In this document: one piece after another, positions 51,067 through 64,000 of the stretch
How positions within the stretch are numbered: the stretch's first letter is position 1
Layout of the letters: every line of letters begins with the position of its first letter
From: Octopus sinensis
Lineage: Eukaryota
Direction: 5' to 3'
NCBI RefSeq assembly: GCF_006345805.1
Contig: NC_043000.1
Location: forward strand, 146,382,001-146,446,000
DNA length: 64,000 nucleotides
The notes under the pieces: generated by a model
Seen by the model: the letters and a program-made list of their open reading frames with translations, nothing else
What the model was told of the DNA's origin: nothing
Database searches by the model: none
Made by a program: the position numbers and the translations under genes

Positions 51067-51866
51067 ATATGATATATAGAGTACCTGTAGAAATAACGTT
51101 AAGATAGTGCGTAGGTACGTATGTTTGTATTTAATTATAGAATTACTACTGCGAGGATGTTATACACGTTTGCATTTTCATAAATGGATTCGCCCCCATA
51201 CACATGTACAAGAATACGTGCTCACCTATGCACATACACATGCATACTTACACAAACGCACACTAATGTACACAGATACATATACACAGGCACAAACATG
51301 CATGTATAATCAAAATTTATGAATATGCAAATATGCAAAAATTATAATACGTTATATGAAGAAATTATATAAAAATTAAAATAATTTTAAAATAAGGGAA
51401 GTTAGACTTTCAGAATGCAAAATTACGAAATTGCATATTTGCATTTTACAGTCATGCAAAAAAGATACAAAGTATTCAATAATCATGGATATATATAAAG
51501 ATATAGAAACATAAAATCACAAAAATACAAAATTATAAATTAAAAAAAACAACATATTGCTGTATAAAATACAGAATTCAAAATTATGAAAAGATTTTAA
51601 TATTAACGAAACATGACAGTATTGTAACAACGTAAAATTAAAACTTGCAAGAATGTGAACGTGCCAATGCGTAAAAGAGTATGATGCACATATACAGATT
51701 GTTACTGTCATACATTTACAGCCAGCATGCAAGACACATATGCTTACTAGAAGTGAAATTACAAAATTGTGATGAAGATTGTGGAAAATAAATTCTTCAC
51801 AGTAGATTAAACGACAGCTAGAATTTATAATACTATTGGAAATGTTGATAGTGATAATATTGGCAG

Positions 51867-51927
<61 letters not shown>

Positions 51928-51931
<4 letters not shown>

Positions 51932-52486
51932 GCCCTGATGCAGTACCAGGCAGTGGCTCTCATGGCTTCTGATTTTAACTGATTGGAAGTGTTATCATGT
52001 ACATTGTTTTGTCTTGGTATAAAAGATGGGCTACAGCAAATATTCTGCTCAATACCACAGAATTGCTTGTCAGTTGTTTGACCCTAACCAGTTGACCATG
52101 TCCCTTAGTGGCTGACGATATGTGCATCTCTGATAACGAGCAGAAGTAGTGGGGGAGCATCATGGCCATGTGTTGAGAGGGATTATTTGGGGTTTGAATA
52201 ATTCACCTCTGGAAACATGGGTGGTTCTTTCAACATCCTTAAACAACCCTTATTCAGGGACCTTTTGAGCGGGATGGGCTACTCAACCTGAAGAAAATTC
52301 TAACTGGGCCCCCACCTGCAAGGTCATGTGCTGTTTATCTTGATATGAGATCATCATGTCGCGCACATATCGTTGTGATGCATGTGCCTGGTGTACCCTT
52401 ATCAGACGGGTAGTCATGATGTGTATACTGGGCTTCGTATATTTTACCCCAGTGTCACTTTGCTGGCATGAACTGCTCTCTCACTC
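51928..52486 (+). mobile_element. Full-length ~560-bp (AAT)n-flanked element
   Basis: (AAT)n at 51870-51927 and 52487-52528. Reverse complement of 10251-10808. Confidence 0.9.
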
Positions 52487-52529
<43 letters not shown>

Positions 52530-54040
52530 GACAAGAAAATAAGTAACATAATGACAGGAGTTAGGATGCACCACCCAAAATCTGACATAGAAAGGTTATA
52601 TATACAACATATCGAAGTTGGTAGAGGGCTTCTACAGCTAGAAAACTATTACAGAATAACCACCATAGAACTACTTCGGAAATAATACAAATACAAATAG
52701 CCACAAAACAAGAACAAAACAAAAAAAAAACTGTTTCCATTCAATAAGGAAACTGACAAATACAAAAAAAACAAGTCATACCACCTAAGATCTATGAAGA
52801 AAAAGAAGAATCAACGAAACTTGTAAGAGAACTGAAATCGAAACCAAAACTGGAACAGCAACGGATAATGATAAAACGATGGCAAGTAAAGCTCCTTCAT
52901 GGTAAATACTGGGTTAAACTGGTGGAGGCGCAATGGCCCAGTGGTTAGGGCAGCGGACTCGCGGTCGGAGGATCGCGGTTTCGATTCCCAGACCGGGCGT
53001 TGTGAGTGTTTATTGAGCGAAAACACCTAAAGCTCCACGAGGCTCCGGCAGGGGATGGTGGTGATCCCTGCTGTACTCTTTCACCACAACTTTCTCTCAC
53101 TCTTACTTAATGTTTCTCTTGTACCTGTATTTCAAAGGGCCGGCCTTGTCACTCTCTGTGTCACGCTGAATATCCCCGAGAACTACGTTAAGGGTACGCG
53201 TGTCTGTGGAGTGCTCAGCCACTTACACGTTAATTTCACGAGTAGGCTGTTCCGTTGATTCGGATCAACCGGAACCCTCGTTGTCGTAACCGACGGAGTG
53301 CTTCCATCCACTGGGTTAAACTAATCAGAAAAGAAACAGGCAAAGCAAAATCCCCAAAATAGCTGAGAAACTGAGGATTCAAAACAGCGACTGTGGGATT
53401 TTTAATTGCAGCACAAGATCAACGCCTTCCCACCAGAAATTACCAAAATCATGTAATGAAAAGAAAGTAACTGAAGAATATGTGAGGATGCAGAAGAAGC
53501 AATAAATCATATTGTCTCTGGCTGCCCAGTCCTGGCTAAGAAGGAATATATTCACAGGCAAGACAGAGTTGGAACCTATATACATATATACACTGGAAGC
53601 TATGCCAACACCATGGAATAGCAACAGATTGTATAGACACACGCCAGAAAAGGTCACACAAAATGATATGCCAATACACAGAGATACAGAAATTAAGGCC
53701 AATACGCTAGATATAGTTATCAGAGATCGCCAAGAAAAAATGCTTCCTAATCAATGTATCAATAGCAACAGATGACAATGTTTCTCTAAAAGAAACGGAG
53801 AAACTATCAAAATAAAAATATCTGGAAAAAGAGATAACGCGACTGTGGATTCTAAAAACTGAAACAATTCCTATCATAGGAATGGTATGATAAAAAAAAT
53901 ATTTAGACAAACATGTTCAGACATAGCAAAAACACCAGGACTAATAAGTTTATATAATAGACAAAAAATAGCACTACTAGGCACCACACACATCCTATGT
54001 AAAACACTTTCAGTGGAGTAAAAATATAAGAATCACAAAC
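52530..54040 (+). pseudogene. Degraded 5'-truncated R4/Dong LINE, same family as the 11.7-kb copy, split by SINE C
   Basis: IMTGVRMHHPKSDIERLYIQHIEVGRGLLQLENYY; LHGKYWVKL; FLIAAQDQ; CPVLAKKEYIHRQDRVG. Confidence 0.9.
52921..53309 (+). mobile_element. SINE family C with 13-bp TSD, nested in Dong
   Basis: ACTGGGTTAAACT at 52908-52920 and 53310-53322. A box TGGCCCAGTGG, B box GGTTTCGATTCC. Confidence 0.93.
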
Positions 54041-54190
54041 CCAGTGTTGAACTGGTACAAATTTATCGAGCACGGACGGATGAAAAGCAAAGTCGTCCTC
54101 GGCGGAATTTGAACTCAGAATATAACGACGGACTAAATGCCGCTCATTATTTTGTCTAGCGTGCTAGATATTATACCAGCACGCCGCCTT
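54040..54190 (-). mobile_element. SINE family B (diverged)
   Basis: GGATGAAAAGCAAAGTCGTCCTCGGCGGAATTTGAACTCAGAA. Confidence 0.75.
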
Positions 54191-55055
54191 AGACATAATA
54201 ATGATATTAAAAATTGCAATAACTGTTCTACTCGACTTTTCCGCATCCAAAATTGCTAGCCTTGTTCTAAAATTTAAAACCAAAAGCAGTGTGAATAGTG
54301 ATAACAGCAATGATAGCGGTAAGAAAAACCAATCCAACGTCGATTGTTGGCAGCGCGCCTCAAGGAAAAGGCTTTGTACTTGTTGGACAAGATCAGTTTA
54401 TCTTCACCTGTGAAATTAAGTGTTTTTAAAAAGTTGGTTTATAGGTCTTGAAATTTAATGGCCAAAAGTAGGAAAGTGTTAAGATGTGGATATTTCTATA
54501 ACAGTCAATCGCTGATTTGGTTTGTTCCATAGGCGACGAGTTCTTACGTCTTGATATATGTAGTATCATATTCTACAAAGTTCATTATTACTGGAATGTG
54601 ATAGCCAGCAACAGCTTTAACAGTATAACTTCGGAGTTTGGTTAATAATTTTGTCTGAGTGCTTGAGTCTCTGCTGAGGGCGTACTGTATCATTAATTTT
54701 GAACAAGCAAAATATAACATTTTTCAAAATACCACTGTGACACTTAAACAAAACACATGGTAAGTTAGCAAAATCCGATGCAATATGACGAATTCCAACG
54801 CCAAATTTATAGGAAGCAGTTCTCCGGCATCAGAGCCCAATCAATATTCTAAAGGCTTTGAATGTCAAATATACCCTCCCAGTTAAAGTCGCTACCCCAA
54901 TAACTATCGCTTAATTGAAATCTTTAGAAATTCTCAGAGAATTGTCACTTAGCTTATATTCTTTGTGTTTTATTCCCCTTTCCTCATCTTCCTATCTTCT
55001 GGCAAGATAACAAGAAAAACAGATCAGTAAGTATATTCTACAAAATCCATATATA

Positions 55056-55478
55056 GGCGCAGGAATGGCTGTGTGGTAAGTAGCTTGCTAACCAACCACA
55101 TGGTTCCGGGTTCAGTCCCACTGCGTGGCATCTTGGGCAAGTGTCTTCTGCTATAGCCCCGGGCCGACCAATGCCTTGTGAGTGGATTTGGTAGACGGAA
55201 ACTGAAAGAAGCCTGTCGTATATATGTATATATATATATGTATGTGTGTGTATATGTTGTGTGTCTGTGTCTGTCCCCCTAGCATTGCTTGACAACCGAT
55301 GCTGTGTGTTTGCGTCCCCGTCACTTAGCGGTTCGGCAAAGAGACCGATAGAATAAGTACTGGGCTTACAAAAGAATAAGTCCCGGGGTCGATTTGCTCG
55401 ATTAAAGGCGGTGCTCCAGCATGGCCGCAGTCAAATGACTGAAACAAGTAAAAGAGTAAAAGAGTAAAGAGTAAGAGA
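55056..55478 (+). mobile_element. SINE family A (young)
   Basis: Full head, internal (TA)/(TG) tract and (AAAAGAGT)n tail. Confidence 0.92.
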
Positions 55479-55547
55479 CAGGATGGGTCAATAACCTGCA
55501 TCGAAATACCCAACTTTTCCACACACCGATATGAACTGATGCTGTAA

Positions 55548-56063
55548 TCTATATATATAAAACTGTAGTTGTGTGAGTGTCTGTCCCCTTCGATTTAGAT
55601 TCCTAACTCCTCCCACATTTTGCGGTGCAGTTTAACCAAATTCGGGTATCTTATAGTCGTGATTCATATCGAGCCCGTCTGGCTATTAGCGCGCGTCAAC
55701 GATGAGTCTACGATTTTAAAAATAATTTAACATCATTTTTTATTCCATTTTAATGCATAAAATGCATCGTGTGTCGATGGCGGCGGAGTTGGTGTCCACG
55801 CTCAAACACCTGCACCTGTGTTTGCTTCTCCCCCTTCCCTCCCTCGTGAAGCTGTGGGGAAGGGAGTGTAAAGAAATCAACGTCGTAATGCGTTGTCAAG
55901 GAGACCAGCGTTCTTTTAGAACAACGACTTCATGGCTTGAAGACACCAAAACAGAAATGGCTAAGAAAGCCCGAATTGGCATCTATAAGGGAAGTAACTC
56001 TCTAAAAATGCTTATATAGTTATTTCCCTTACAAACCCGAGCAACGCCGGGCGATACTGCTAG
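55548..56063 (+). mobile_element. Non-autonomous Helitron
   Basis: 5' TC, 3' CTAG, subterminal hairpin CCCG-AGCAACGC-CGGG (56036-56051), inserted between A (55547) and T (56064), no TSD. Second copy at 63.4 kb. Confidence 0.9.
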
Positions 56064-56504
56064 TAGTCACTAAAGTAGTATAGGTACAGAGACAAAAATC
56101 TGTTCTTTCAGTAGAAAGAATAAAATCACTAAGCAGAGCAACGCAGAAATTCTAAACGTATATAATATCCCCCCACCAACACCATAACCCATACACAGCA
56201 ATAACAGAAGAATGAGGGTAGCTGTAACAGTAATAGTAAAAAGTATGTTACCGAGTACAACTTGTGTAATGTAATAACTGACATATTCAGCGGTACAATT
56301 AAGTTACGTATCAACTACATCTATACAATCCGATGCTCATTTAAATCTGTTTGCATGGATTAGCTTCGTCTAATGGGATTGGTTTTTTTTTTAGGCTTTT
56401 GCGGATTTATTTGCCTGAGTTCTACACATAAGTCGGGTATAATAAGCACAATGTAGGTGTAGTCTTATAGTCTACAAAGTAGTGTTTGTTAAGCGTAAAC
56501 TTCG

Positions 56505-56676
56505 AATGATATGTATATATATAGAGAAAGATATATATATATCTATATCTCTCTCTATTATATATATATATAGAGAGAGAAAGATATATATAATATCTAT
56601 ATCTATATCTATATCTATATCTATATATCTATATATCTATATTATATTATATATTATATATATATATATATCTAAA

Positions 56677-56733
<57 letters not shown>

Positions 56734-56790
56734 TATATATAATATATAATATATATATATATATATATATTATAATGTATGTATGTATGC
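56505..56790. repeat. Compound (TA)n/(TCTATA)n microsatellite
   Basis: Direct reading. Confidence 0.9.
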
Positions 56791-57090
56791 ATATTGGGGC
56801 ATGGAAAAATTAATCCAATTATTTCAAGGTAGGAATAAGATATAACGGGAATGGTTGAAATAATATAATATATAAATAATATAATACGAGTGAAATATAT
56901 ATTCTGGTTGATAATAGTTCATGTTGAAACGAGATAGTATGAAATAATATAGATCTCGACGGTAAGAATAAAATAATTCAGGATTATAAAAATACAATAT
57001 TACAGAATACAAAATATGCAACCAACAAACGCTAAACGTAGTAAATAATGTTAATCATTCGGTGACAAATGTTTTGAAATATATACATAT

Positions 57091-57255
57091 GGAGTGGCTG
57101 TGTGGTAAGTAGCTTGCTAACCAATCATATGGTTCCGGGTTCAGTCCCACTGCGTGGCATCTTGGGCAAGTGTCTTCTGCTATAGCCCCGGGCCGACCAA
57201 TGCCTTGTGAGTGGATTTGGTAGACGGAAACTGAAAGAAGCCTCTCGTATATATG

Positions 57256-57303
<48 letters not shown>

Positions 57304-57478
57304 TGTCTGTGTTTGTTCCCCTAGCATTGCTTGACAACCGATGCTGGTGTGTTTACGTCCCCGTCACTTAGCGGTTCAGCAAAAGTCACCGATAGAATAA
57401 GTCCTGGGGTCGATTTGCTCGACTAAAGGCGGTGCTCCAGCAAGGCCGTAATCAAATGACTGAAACAAGTAAAAGAGT
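57091..57478 (+). mobile_element. SINE family A
   Basis: Homologous to 55056-55478 with a small internal deletion. Confidence 0.9.
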
Positions 57479-58408
57479 ATATATCCTTAAGTAGACTTTT
57501 AATTTTTATTTGTTATTATTTCTTCATATTACCATTAGATTTTACCTTTATTTTTATCCATATGTAAACGTAGATGTTCTTTTAGAACCGACTATACTGT
57601 GGTAGATACCATGAGAGAAGCCCTCGGCCTGGCTTTTGGTGCAAAATGCACACTTGTCTATATGGGTAGCGGAGATAAACCCCAGCCATCTCCAGCACGG
57701 AAACCGTGATTTCCACTTTCATTCGTCTCCACCACTAGACAAAGCACCATCACATGTCTCCGCCAGCGATATATTAAAAAAATAGTGCTAGAACAGGCAC
57801 CGGTGTCACGATTAGCCAACGAGCTAGCTAAAGTACATATATATTAGCAGCAGAGTGCAATGTTAATACCGAGAACTAATATTTTATCATTATACTTTAT
57901 AAACACTATGACAATATTTTGTTATTTTACAATTATTCTATTCTGTCCATACCTATTTTTTCTCCTACAGATAATTAAGATTTTCCTCGAAGCTACTCTA
58001 GACAGGCGTTTCTCAGTTGATTGATGACACTGTATATAATACATGGTTTTAATTGTGCCCTACCTTACCGGCTAGACAATTGTCTGAGTATACAGACTAA
58101 TTAAATCCAGCATAAAAAATAATCTTCTTAATTCATACACTGAACTTCCATCTTTACTATTTCAATGACCTGCACTTTTAACGGAAAATAGGAACACCTC
58201 TCAAAATTCGCCTATATCTACATGATGGTGAAATCATCCAAATTGTTCTCGTATTAATTTATTCATAGATGCCACGACAAAATAACGATGCGATTGCATT
58301 ACGTAATTAATAATATATAATCAATATTACATAATCATTGTTCATGTTCATGTTTTCTAATTTACTAAAAGATTCATTAGTAAAGAAATAACATTGATAC
58401 TAGCACCA

Positions 58409-58664
58409 TTTACTCTCTTTTACTCTCTCTTTTACTCTCTTTTGCTTGTTTCAGTCATTTGACTGCGGCCATGCTGGAGCACCGCCTTTAATCGAGCAAC
58501 TCGACCCCGGGACTTATTTTTTTGTAAGCCCAGTACTTATTCTATCGGTCTCTTTTGCCGAACCGCTAAGTAACGGGACATAAGCACACCAGCATCGGTT
58601 GTCAAGCATGCTAGGGGGACAAACACAGACACACAAACACACACACACACACACACATATAATA

Positions 58665-58731
<67 letters not shown>

Positions 58732-58896
58732 TACGACGGGCTTCTTTCAGTTTCCGTCTACCAAATCCACTCACAAGGCTTTGGTCGGCCCGAGGCTATA
58801 GTAGAAGACACTTGCCCAAGGTGCTATGCAGTGGGACTGAACCTGGAACCATGTGGTTGGTTAGCTAGCTACTTACCACACAGCCACTCCTGCACC
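58409..58896 (-). mobile_element. SINE family A with expanded internal microsatellite
   Basis: Internal (AC)n(TA)n at about 58622-58733. Confidence 0.92.
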
Positions 58897-59704
58897 TATT
58901 CTTCACTTGTTTTATAGACATGCATTCACATATGTATGTGTATGCGTGATTTTAAGTGTACGCCTGTGTGAGAGTACAAACACATGTATCAACCGATATT
59001 GATGCATTAGCTGAGATGTACGTATAAGTTGTGAAAGGCTGAGTATACGCACGAGTGAAATGAGAATAGGTGCGAGAGTAATGAAATTATATGTACTTGC
59101 AATTAGTGTATAGTTTAGTATACAAAGAAATAATAGATTTTTATGACACGTATTCACTGTTTTTTCCGTTCTTTGCTCCAAATATATGCGCTCTTGTGTG
59201 TGCGTTCGCGTGTGTATGTGTGTGTGTGTTTGTGTGTGTGTGTGTTTGTTTGTTTATGTTTGTGTGTATGTGCATGTCTATCTGTGTCTGTGTCTGTGTG
59301 CGTGAGATTTCCTGTCCTTCATGGCAAATGAGTCAACAGTTGTCAGTTCAAATTTATTTACTCATCGTATAATTAAAAATACCACGCAATCCTAATAATC
59401 ACCCCATAAGCTCCCTGTGACATTGATTATAGCAGACAGGATCTCTTTGCTCACAAGATCTTATTAAATTTTGGTACTCTGCTTTCTATCACTAGTTTTG
59501 TTTATTTGACTTTAACTTCGATGAGCCATTTTCTGTGCCTCTGATTCAGATCTTTTGTCGACATTAAATGTGATATCCCGTATTGTCAAAAGCTTGAGTT
59601 TCCAAGGAGTCCTACACCATAAAGCATCATTCAGCTTTATTTTCCTATCAAGAACCTTAAGAGTATCAAGCCCTTCAATTGTAAACTTTCAGAAATGACC
59701 TTAC

Positions 59705-59979
59705 TTGATTCTTGAGCCACATTACAATATGAATACCGATTTTGAACTGTGTATATCTCTAAATGTTAAACTATGAATGTCCTTCATAATTTCTGTTCTT
59801 TGAATATATCTTCTAGCACAGCATAAGGTAGTGATTTAATAATTAAAAGGCAGCCTATTTGCCTTGGATATTTCCATGTGGTTATTTAATAACTTATCAG
59901 AAAATCCTTCAGCTATATTGTATGGAATAAAACAAAATCTTACCATTGTCAAGAAAAACATTCTGCTCTTTGTAATTTG
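59705..59979 (-). other. Two candidate symmetric microexons (36 nt at 59979-59944; 54 nt at 59758-59705) of an unidentified host gene
   Basis: ttttcactgctttttacgcag|36 nt|gtaaga; 185-nt intron; catttag|54 nt|gtaagg. Joined phase-1 frame is open: NYKEQNVFLDNEIYTVQNRYSYCNVAQES. No recognised homology. Confidence 0.25.
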
Positions 59980-60748
59980 CTGCGTAAAAAGCAGTGAAAA
60001 TGAAAATAAATCAAACACTTCTTCTGGAGATTGTACTGAGGAATGTGTAATTATCTCCAGATCCCAAGAAATTCAAACCAAAAATTAAAAAAACAATATA
60101 TATGTATATATATACATGGATTTTCTTTTATTTCACATGCTTTCTTGGATAATTAAGAAATTTGTTAAATCCTTTGAAAACATTAAATTCACCAAAAAAA
60201 GTATATTTTATTAGTCTTTAAAGAAGACACTAATTGGGTTCAAGAAAAAAATATTCAGCAATGTGTAACGTTATTCATCACAGTTCTGGAAAAGTTCTAA
60301 ATTAGTCTATAAGATTCTAAAGTTGATTTATAGGATGTAAACGTCATTAAAACCAAAATTAAGTCAAAACCAGAGCAAAGGGACGAAAGCTATAAACAAC
60401 AAATCGCTCTAGTGCAACTTGTGGTTGCTATATTTTATTTTAGTTCTTTGTTATAATTTTTATTTATTTATATTCCTGCTTTTTCGTTACATGATTAAAA
60501 GGAAATCAATAGAATCCAAACCAGCGAAAAAGGTGATTAAAAGGTGGAACGTTGCAACAAATCATTACTTTTCTTTTAATCAATTAACCTACGAGTGACA
60601 AGAAAAACATTACGAAAAAGTTATTGAAGAAAACTATATAATTAGGCATATAATATATATAATATATATAATTATATATATATATATATATATACATATA
60701 TATATACGTGTGTATATATATACGTGTGTGTGTGTGTATGTATGTATG

Positions 60749-60779
<31 letters not shown>

Positions 60780-62852
60780 ATATACATACATATATTTATA
60801 TGTGTACATATACATACATACATGCATATATGTATGTATAAATATATATAAAATATATAATAGAAATATACGTACATCACTTGTATAATATACATTTATG
60901 TAATATAAATGCTACATATACATATGTGTATGTTTATGTATATGTGTATGTGTGTTTGTGAGTGTGTATGTGTTTGTGTGTCTGTGTGTGAGTCCAGGTA
61001 GTTGCGTGCGTGTGCCTACGTATTTATATGAAAACAGTTAAAGGACAGAAATGGTAATATATTTGATTAAGTATCCTATAGTGTTCTTTAATGTCTTCTT
61101 TACGATCTGAGATTAAATCCAACTGCAAAACGTATTAATGCGTACTACCCTCATGAGGGCGAGGAATTATTATATTTACAAAGATGTTACAGGTTTTAGT
61201 TTGCAGTCGCAAAAGAAATTACAAATACACATCTTGTGTGTGTGTCCATATGTCTGTGTCTGGGTTCATGTATATATTCATATACACATGCTCCATCTTT
61301 GAACTTCTCTGCTGTAACATCTGAAAGGTAAGGTCTTCTCTACCCTGATGACGGAGGCTCGTCTTATCCAATGTTAAGGGCATCCATACAGCCGCATATT
61401 GTTGATGAACTAAATCTACCAACATTATTATGGATCGCCGAACAGGTGTTGGGCTTATAACACCTTTCTTCCACCTCTTCAATTTTCTCTGTCGGTTATT
61501 GTCGCAATTTTCTCCGTCGTTCTTAAGTTGGACTTATTAATATAGATATCAATATAATTATACTAAAAATTCATCATCTGAAAGTCCCTACCATTTGCTT
61601 TCTGTCGTTTTGCACGTGTGCCTATATATTTTGTGTCTCATACACAAATTAATATATTTAATATATTTCATGTATCTAATTTGTTTATCCGCATAATTGC
61701 CTCTATATTCATATATTAATAGATGTAAATATCGGCACATGCCTTATATATATCCATCTGTAGTTGGAAATGTAATACTAATGGCTTATTACTATTGGAA
61801 GTATTGCAGGAGCTGCATTTTTGTATAGTGAACACCATGATCCCACAGAATTATAAATAGAGAGCAATCCGAATTGTTTCGGTTTTGAAGCAGTGGCATA
61901 TGATTGATAAATTTCTTGTTCATAGGCGTGTTATTTCGAATGAAGATGAATGATGTATCCACCATTATCTTATTCATAGAAAAAGGGAGCTTGCTTTAAA
62001 TTTGAAGGTAAGAGCCAGTGGGGTGACCATTCCAATGAAATTAAACGTGATTTTTCTGAGAGATTACGCTACTGAGGATGAGTTCCTGAAGAGAATAGAC
62101 AACATTCAATTCAAAATCTGGCGGGAATACTTCAAAATATGGGGTGTGACACCTCACACACCACTCCATAAACCTATAAATCTACAGCGGACGTAATACA
62201 AAAAGAAAACGATAAAGTCAAAAGCTGAACTCTGGAAGGTGTCAGGAAGGCCCGTGCATACACAGCTAACACAAAAACACACATACAAGCGGTCACACTG
62301 GCGTCCACACTGCCAAACATACAAACCACTCGCCCCAAACTTTGGAACTTTCAGGCGCTTTAAAACCCGACGCTAATATACTGCCTAGTGGTGAAAAAAC
62401 AGAGCACATACATTTAGTATGTGTGGTCAATAATATGTACAGTACTAGATCTCTTGCAATTCATATTTGAATTTATCCTTACATATGTATCGTTGTGGCA
62501 TACTAGCAAATGATTTTTACATTATTTGTATATAGTCATAGACTGCCGATTCTGCTCGTCTCCTATTCGTTTCAGGCACGTGATATTGATAATCAACTGA
62601 AATTGCTCAACATTGATATCCACACTTCTTGAATAGAATTTGGTGTGAATTGTCTCCCATGTCAATGACTTTCAGATGTTTTAACACTCGGAGCGTTCCG
62701 AGAGTAATCGCCAACTAATTTTTTTTCCGCAGCCTAACAGCGAACAGAGCTATCTTGTATAATGAATATACGTGGTCAATAATATATATATCTACACTCA
62801 CAACACACACACACATACACATATATGTGTATGTATGTATGTATGTTATATA

Positions 62853-62917
<65 letters not shown>

Positions 62918-63010
62918 TATATATGAGCACACACACACACACATACATATATATATATTTTAAAAATATAAACACATGAAAGAATAGAGCTGAACGATAT
63001 ATAATATATT

Positions 63011-63335
63011 TATAATATTAATTCGAGACAAAACCACTATTTTGCAAAACAAACAAGGAAAGACTTAATCAATACATAAAATTTTAATATAATGTAAATA
63101 AACCGCCACTACAATCCTTTCATGTCTTCAAATGACATTCGTCAGGTGGATTTCCGATTTTCAAATCAGTTTCAATTTATGAAGTCTTTCCTTGTTTGTT
63201 TTGCAATAATATATTATTTTGCAAAATAGTGGTTTTGTCTCGAATTAATATTATATAATATTTTACTATAAAATTGGATTTAATCCTAAATCTTATTTTT
63301 CCCTGTAAATTTGGATTTATTCCCTAATATTTGTT
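63011..63335. mobile_element. Foldback element next to (TA)n with a hammerhead-like motif in the loop
   Basis: Arms 63011-63049/63217-63255 (39 bp) and 63043-63066/63182-63205 (24 bp). Confidence 0.8.
63106..63149 (-). ncRNA. Type-I hammerhead-ribozyme-like motif with canonical core
   Basis: CCAC-CUGACGA-AUGUC(AUUUGAA)GACAU-GAAA-GGAUUG-UA^GUGG. Helices I and II are perfect; 15.2-16.2 is a G.G mismatch. Confidence 0.7.
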
Positions 63336-63352
63336 ATATATATATATCTATA

Positions 63353-63842
63353 CTAGCAGTATCGCCCGGCGTTGCTCGGGTTTGTAAGGGAAATAACTAT
63401 ATAAGCATTTTTAGAGAGTTACTTCCCTTATAAATTCGGGCTTTCTTAGCCATTTTTGTTTTGGTGTCTTCAAGCCATGAAGTCGTTGTTCTAAAAGAAC
63501 GCTGGTTTCCTTCACAACGCATTACGACGTTGATTTCTTACACTCCTTCCCCACAGCTTCACGAGGGAGGGAAAGGGGAGAAGCAAACAGGTGCAGCTGT
63601 GAGCGTGGACGCCAACTCCGCCGCCATCGACACACGATGCTTTTATGCATTAAAATGGAATAAAAAATGATGTTAAATTATTTTAAAATCGTAGACTCAT
63701 CGTTGACGCGCGCTAATAGTCAGACGGGCTCGATATGCATCACGACTATAAGATACCCGAATTTGGTTAAACTGCACCGCAAAATGTGGGAGTAGTTAGG
63801 AATCTAAATCGAAGGGGACAGACACTCACACAACTACAGTTT
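63353..63842 (-). mobile_element. Non-autonomous Helitron (copy 2, lacking ~13 nt at its 5' end)
   Basis: Reverse complement of 55561-56063 with 3' CTAG at 63353-63356 and the same hairpin. Confidence 0.9.
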
Positions 63843-64000
63843 AACCAAATTCGGGTATCTTATAGTCGTAATTCATATCGAGCCCGTCTGGCTATTAACG
63901 CGCGTCTACGATGAGTCTACGATTTTTAAAATAATTTAACATCATTTTTTATTCCATTTTAATGCATAATTTTTCGTGTGTCGATGGCGGCGGAGTTGGC
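63837..64000 (+). mobile_element. Internal fragment of the same Helitron in opposite orientation (runs off the window)
   Basis: Matches 55628-55790. Joined to copy 2 at a CAGTTT microhomology (63837-63842). Confidence 0.85.

Noticed and set aside
61345-61365. CTGATGA followed by a small hairpin (also isolated CTGAAGA/CTGATGA at 17972, 43850, 47751, 62095)
   Set aside because: No downstream GAAA or closing helices; expected by chance.
61280-62010. Isolated splice-like signals (ccttacctttcag on minus; AAG|gtaagg and AAG|gtaaga on plus) and short ORFs
   Set aside because: Signals conflict in strand and do not build a consistent open frame.

Overview
AT-rich eukaryotic (animal) DNA made almost entirely of microsatellites and transposable-element debris. 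No host protein-coding gene, rRNA, true tRNA or CRISPR array can be supported. The SINE families and repeat landscape resemble those I recall from Octopus/coleoid cephalopod genomes; this is an inference from memory, not a database hit. The only long ORF (11741-13798, minus) is the RT plus CCHC zinc knuckle plus restriction-like endonuclease of a young, 5'-truncated R4/Dong-clade LINE sitting inside a (TAA)n microsatellite. At least seven more degraded Dong fragments occur, mostly between 26 and 37 kb. Also present: four tRNA-derived SINE families, a ~560-bp non-coding element with (AAT)n at five of its six natural ends, remnants of Tx1/L1, CRE, CR1-like and Tc1/mariner elements, non-autonomous Helitrons and a 50-bp minisatellite. 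The most striking signal is a set of five unrelated short sequence families, each containing a minimal type-I hammerhead-ribozyme-like motif (CUGANGA...stem II...GAAA...UH), nine motifs in total. Most lie in foldback/palindromic elements next to (TA)n or (AAT)n runs. Three foldbacks carry a motif on each strand, and one family is fused to a tRNA-like Pol III head. Every genomic copy deviates from the canonical core or helices, so activity is untested.
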